A DNA stretch of 64,000 bases from a virus, in the IMG/VR virus record IMGVR_UViG_3300042559_000515, positions 19,631-83,630 of that record; one strand, given 5' to 3'. Below, in pieces: positions 61,902 through 64,000 of the stretch (positions within the stretch are counted from its first letter, which is position 1; each line of letters begins with the position of its first letter). The position numbers were made by a program, and so were the translations under genes. The notes beneath the pieces are model-generated. The model did not search any database and was not told the DNA's origin. It worked only from the letters and a program-made list of their open reading frames with translations.

Positions 61902-62164
61902 TGGCTCCATCCAAGTCAAGTGCACCTAAAAAGTCTGCTCAGTATTACAACGATAATCCTGAAGCAAAGGCTAAAAAGGGCGCTTACGATAAAGAGTTCA
62001 ACAAGAAACCAGAACAAAAAGAAAAGCGTTCTGAACTTGTTCAAGAACGCAGAGACCGTGGCGTCTATGGCAAGGGTGGCAAAGATATGTCCCACACCAA
62101 AGACGGTAAAATTGTTGCTGAATCCCCATCCACTAACCGTGGTCGTAACCGAGGAAAGAAATAA
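61901..62164 (+). CDS. small basic protein (degenerate HNH-like)
   Basis: GKDMSH..G..ES.STNRGRN. Confidence 0.65.
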   Translation: MAPSKSSAPKKSAQYYNDNPEAKAKKGAYDKEFNKKPEQKEKRSELVQERRDRGVYGKGGKDMSHTKDGKIVAESPSTNRGRNRGKK

Positions 62165-62430
62165 TGGCTAGTAAGAAAGACCCCCGTTTAGAGCGTGCAG
62201 GTGTATCTGGTTTCAATAAGCCCAAGGCAACTCCAGACCATCCAACAAAGTCTCATATTGTTGTTGCCAAAGAAGGTGACCAGATTAAGACTATTCGTTT
62301 TGGTCAACAGGGTGTAGAAGGTTCACCTGATGGTTCTGCTCGTAATAAAGCATTCAAAGACCGTCATGCAAAGAATATTAAGAAGGGCAAGATGAGTGCC
62401 GCTTATTGGGCAGACAAGGTAAAGTGGTGA
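62164..62430 (+). CDS. small basic conserved phage protein
   Basis: KSH.V..K.IRFGQQG..F..RH..SAAYWA.KVKW. Confidence 0.75.
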   Translation: MASKKDPRLERAGVSGFNKPKATPDHPTKSHIVVAKEGDQIKTIRFGQQGVEGSPDGSARNKAFKDRHAKNIKKGKMSAAYWADKVKW

Positions 62431-62861
62431 GCGCATTAACTGATGACCTCAAGACATTGATGGCTGATGTTGTCACGATGTACTTCGTGGCACATGGTTA
62501 TCACTGGAATGTTGAAGGACAAGACTTCTCTCAGTACCATGACCTTTTTGCGGATATCTACGAAGATGTCTATAGCAGTATTGACCCTATTGCGGAAAAC
62601 CTTCGCAAGTTGGATGAGTATGCGCCATTTACTCTTAGTAAGTTTACTGACCTTCGTACCGTTGAGTCAGTAGAAGTTAAACCTGAGCCACAGGCAATGG
62701 CAAAAGCCTTGTTGAAAGTTAATGACGGTGTCATTGAAACAATCAACAAGGCTTTTAAGTCTGCTGAAAAAGCAGGCGAGCAGGGCATTATGGACTTCCT
62801 AGCAAGTCGTGACGACATGCATAAGAAGTGGCGCTGGCAACTTACCGCTTCTACTAAATAG
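62427..62861 (+). CDS. dps: Dps-family ferritin-like DNA protection protein
   Basis: HGYHWNVEG.DF..YH.LF..YE..D.IAE..R and H.K..WQL. Confidence 0.93.
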   Translation: MSALTDDLKTLMADVVTMYFVAHGYHWNVEGQDFSQYHDLFADIYEDVYSSIDPIAENLRKLDEYAPFTLSKFTDLRTVESVEVKPEPQAMAKALLKVNDGVIETINKAFKSAEKAGEQGIMDFLASRDDMHKKWRWQLTASTK

Positions 62862-63657
62862 GTTTGTAACGCAAGTCTGCAAGGAATCGCTTGGTAAAGT
62901 TTTCTCCAAGCATCACAGACTGTAATACACCATCTTCAATCCAAGTAAGTTGTCCTTGAGTGACATTGAGTGGCTCAACAATTTCTGTTGCCACAACATC
63001 CGCTGAGATGATTGATGCATCACCGTCTACTGGTTCATGGTAGAAGATTGCATCAACAATTTCTTGTTTGGTCTTTCCGACATTCTCAACACCCAATGCT
63101 TTAGCCTGACGGCGAAGAACACCAATGTTCATGTTCATTAACTCGTCACGAGTGAATGGTGTTCCCTCAGTGGTTTCATTAGGGTCATGGTCAACAGTCT
63201 TTTCATGGACAATCTCTGGCTCAATGACATCCATGGTTACAGGCTCTGAACCTTCAATAACAATAGGTGTTAATGCCATAGTCAAGTCCTTAATAGGCTT
63301 GCCAGCATCTGCGCTCATAATTGCCAACTTCTCTGAAGATTCTTCATTGGCTTCATCCCAAAGGAGTAAGACTTCATCACAGACATTGATGATGGTCTTT
63401 GCTGGGTCATCATTTGTGACTACCTCAAGGGCAAAGTTAAGTAGTCCCTGTGGTGCTTTATCATCAATGCGTGTTACTGCGTTAAAAGGAACTTTGTGGT
63501 CTACCAGAAAGTCATAGACATCACTGACGGCTCCCTGTGGTGCACGGCGTGCGTGAATGACAAAGACTGCACCTTCATCACTCTTCAAGATGTCAATGAG
63601 ACCTTCTTGTACAACCTTGGTATTGGCAGACCCGCTACCAATAATTCCATACTTCAT
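62854..63657 (-). CDS. hypothetical protein with Rho-N-like motif
   Basis: LMNMNIGVLRRQAKALGV..KTKQEIVDAI. Confidence 0.6.
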   Translation of the reverse strand: MKYGIIGSGSANTKVVQEGLIDILKSDEGAVFVIHARRAPQGAVSDVYDFLVDHKVPFNAVTRIDDKAPQGLLNFALEVVTNDDPAKTIINVCDEVLLLWDEANEESSEKLAIMSADAGKPIKDLTMALTPIVIEGSEPVTMDVIEPEIVHEKTVDHDPNETTEGTPFTRDELMNMNIGVLRRQAKALGVENVGKTKQEIVDAIFYHEPVDGDASIISADVVATEIVEPLNVTQGQLTWIEDGVLQSVMLGENFTKRFLADLRYKPI

Positions 63658-63666
63658 GTGTTGCTC

Positions 63667-63921
63667 CTACTTGTAAGTTTTACGAGCCGCCAAGTCCCCA
63701 TGAAGTGTCAGTAGACGCAAGAGACCGTGGCAGGCAGAAGCGATTGTAGCGACTACCAACCCACTTGTCCACACATCTGGAAGATTTGTGACAAACGCCA
63801 CCCCATAACCAAGAACAACTCCAACTAATACCTTTACCCAAGGCATTGCTTCTTTAGGCGTCAGTGTGTTAAGAAACTGCATCAACTTGTAAACAGCGAG
63901 ACCTGCTAGTAAATAATTCAT
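63667..63921 (-). CDS. membrane protein (holin-like)
   Basis: Two to three hydrophobic helices; basic C-terminus. Confidence 0.55.
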   Translation of the reverse strand: MNYLLAGLAVYKLMQFLNTLTPKEAMPWVKVLVGVVLGYGVAFVTNLPDVWTSGLVVATIASACHGLLRLLTLHGDLAARKTYK

Positions 63922-64000
63922 TCAAGTACATTCCAATTGATTACATAGTCCGTGCCCTTCACAATTGTGACGGGAACGATGTAGTTCTCAATGATGTTAT

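Overview
The whole window is part of a large lytic-type tailed dsDNA phage genome. The host is probably a freshwater actinobacterium, inferred from two WhiB genes, an Rpf-type transglycosylase, leaderless promoters and Acidimicrobiia-like Thr-rich linkers. Layout: (1) 1-13 kb, minus strand: lysis and tail/virion genes, including a KTSC protein, an M15-type peptidase, collagen-like fibres, a GT4 glycosyltransferase and FN3 proteins. (2) 13-21 kb, minus strand: a DnaA-box triplet, then an array of paralogous ParB-N and GNAT-like proteins that share short terminal peptide tags. (3) 21.0-22.8 kb: a divergent non-coding control region with four CRP/GlxR-type palindromes, a strong promoter, rrn-like boxB/boxA elements and a roughly 700-nt hairpin-rich leader. 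(4) 22.8-35.5 kb, plus strand: an early operon punctuated by five copies of an overlapping three-hairpin RNA element and ending in a small cloverleaf RNA and a terminator. (5) 35.6-61.6 kb, mostly minus strand: Rpf, WhiB, a run of small disordered proteins, SpoVS, and a recombination/replication module (resolvases, Cas4-like nuclease, RecA, Pol A, SSB, SNF2, primase, DnaB, DnaC-like loader, HTH initiator with internal iterons). (6) 61.7-64 kb: small basic proteins and Dps. The best novelty candidates are the rrn-like early transcript with its repeated RNA processing/switch elements, the large structured leader RNA, and the tagged ParB/GNAT effector array. All calls were made by eye; no searches or folding programs were run.
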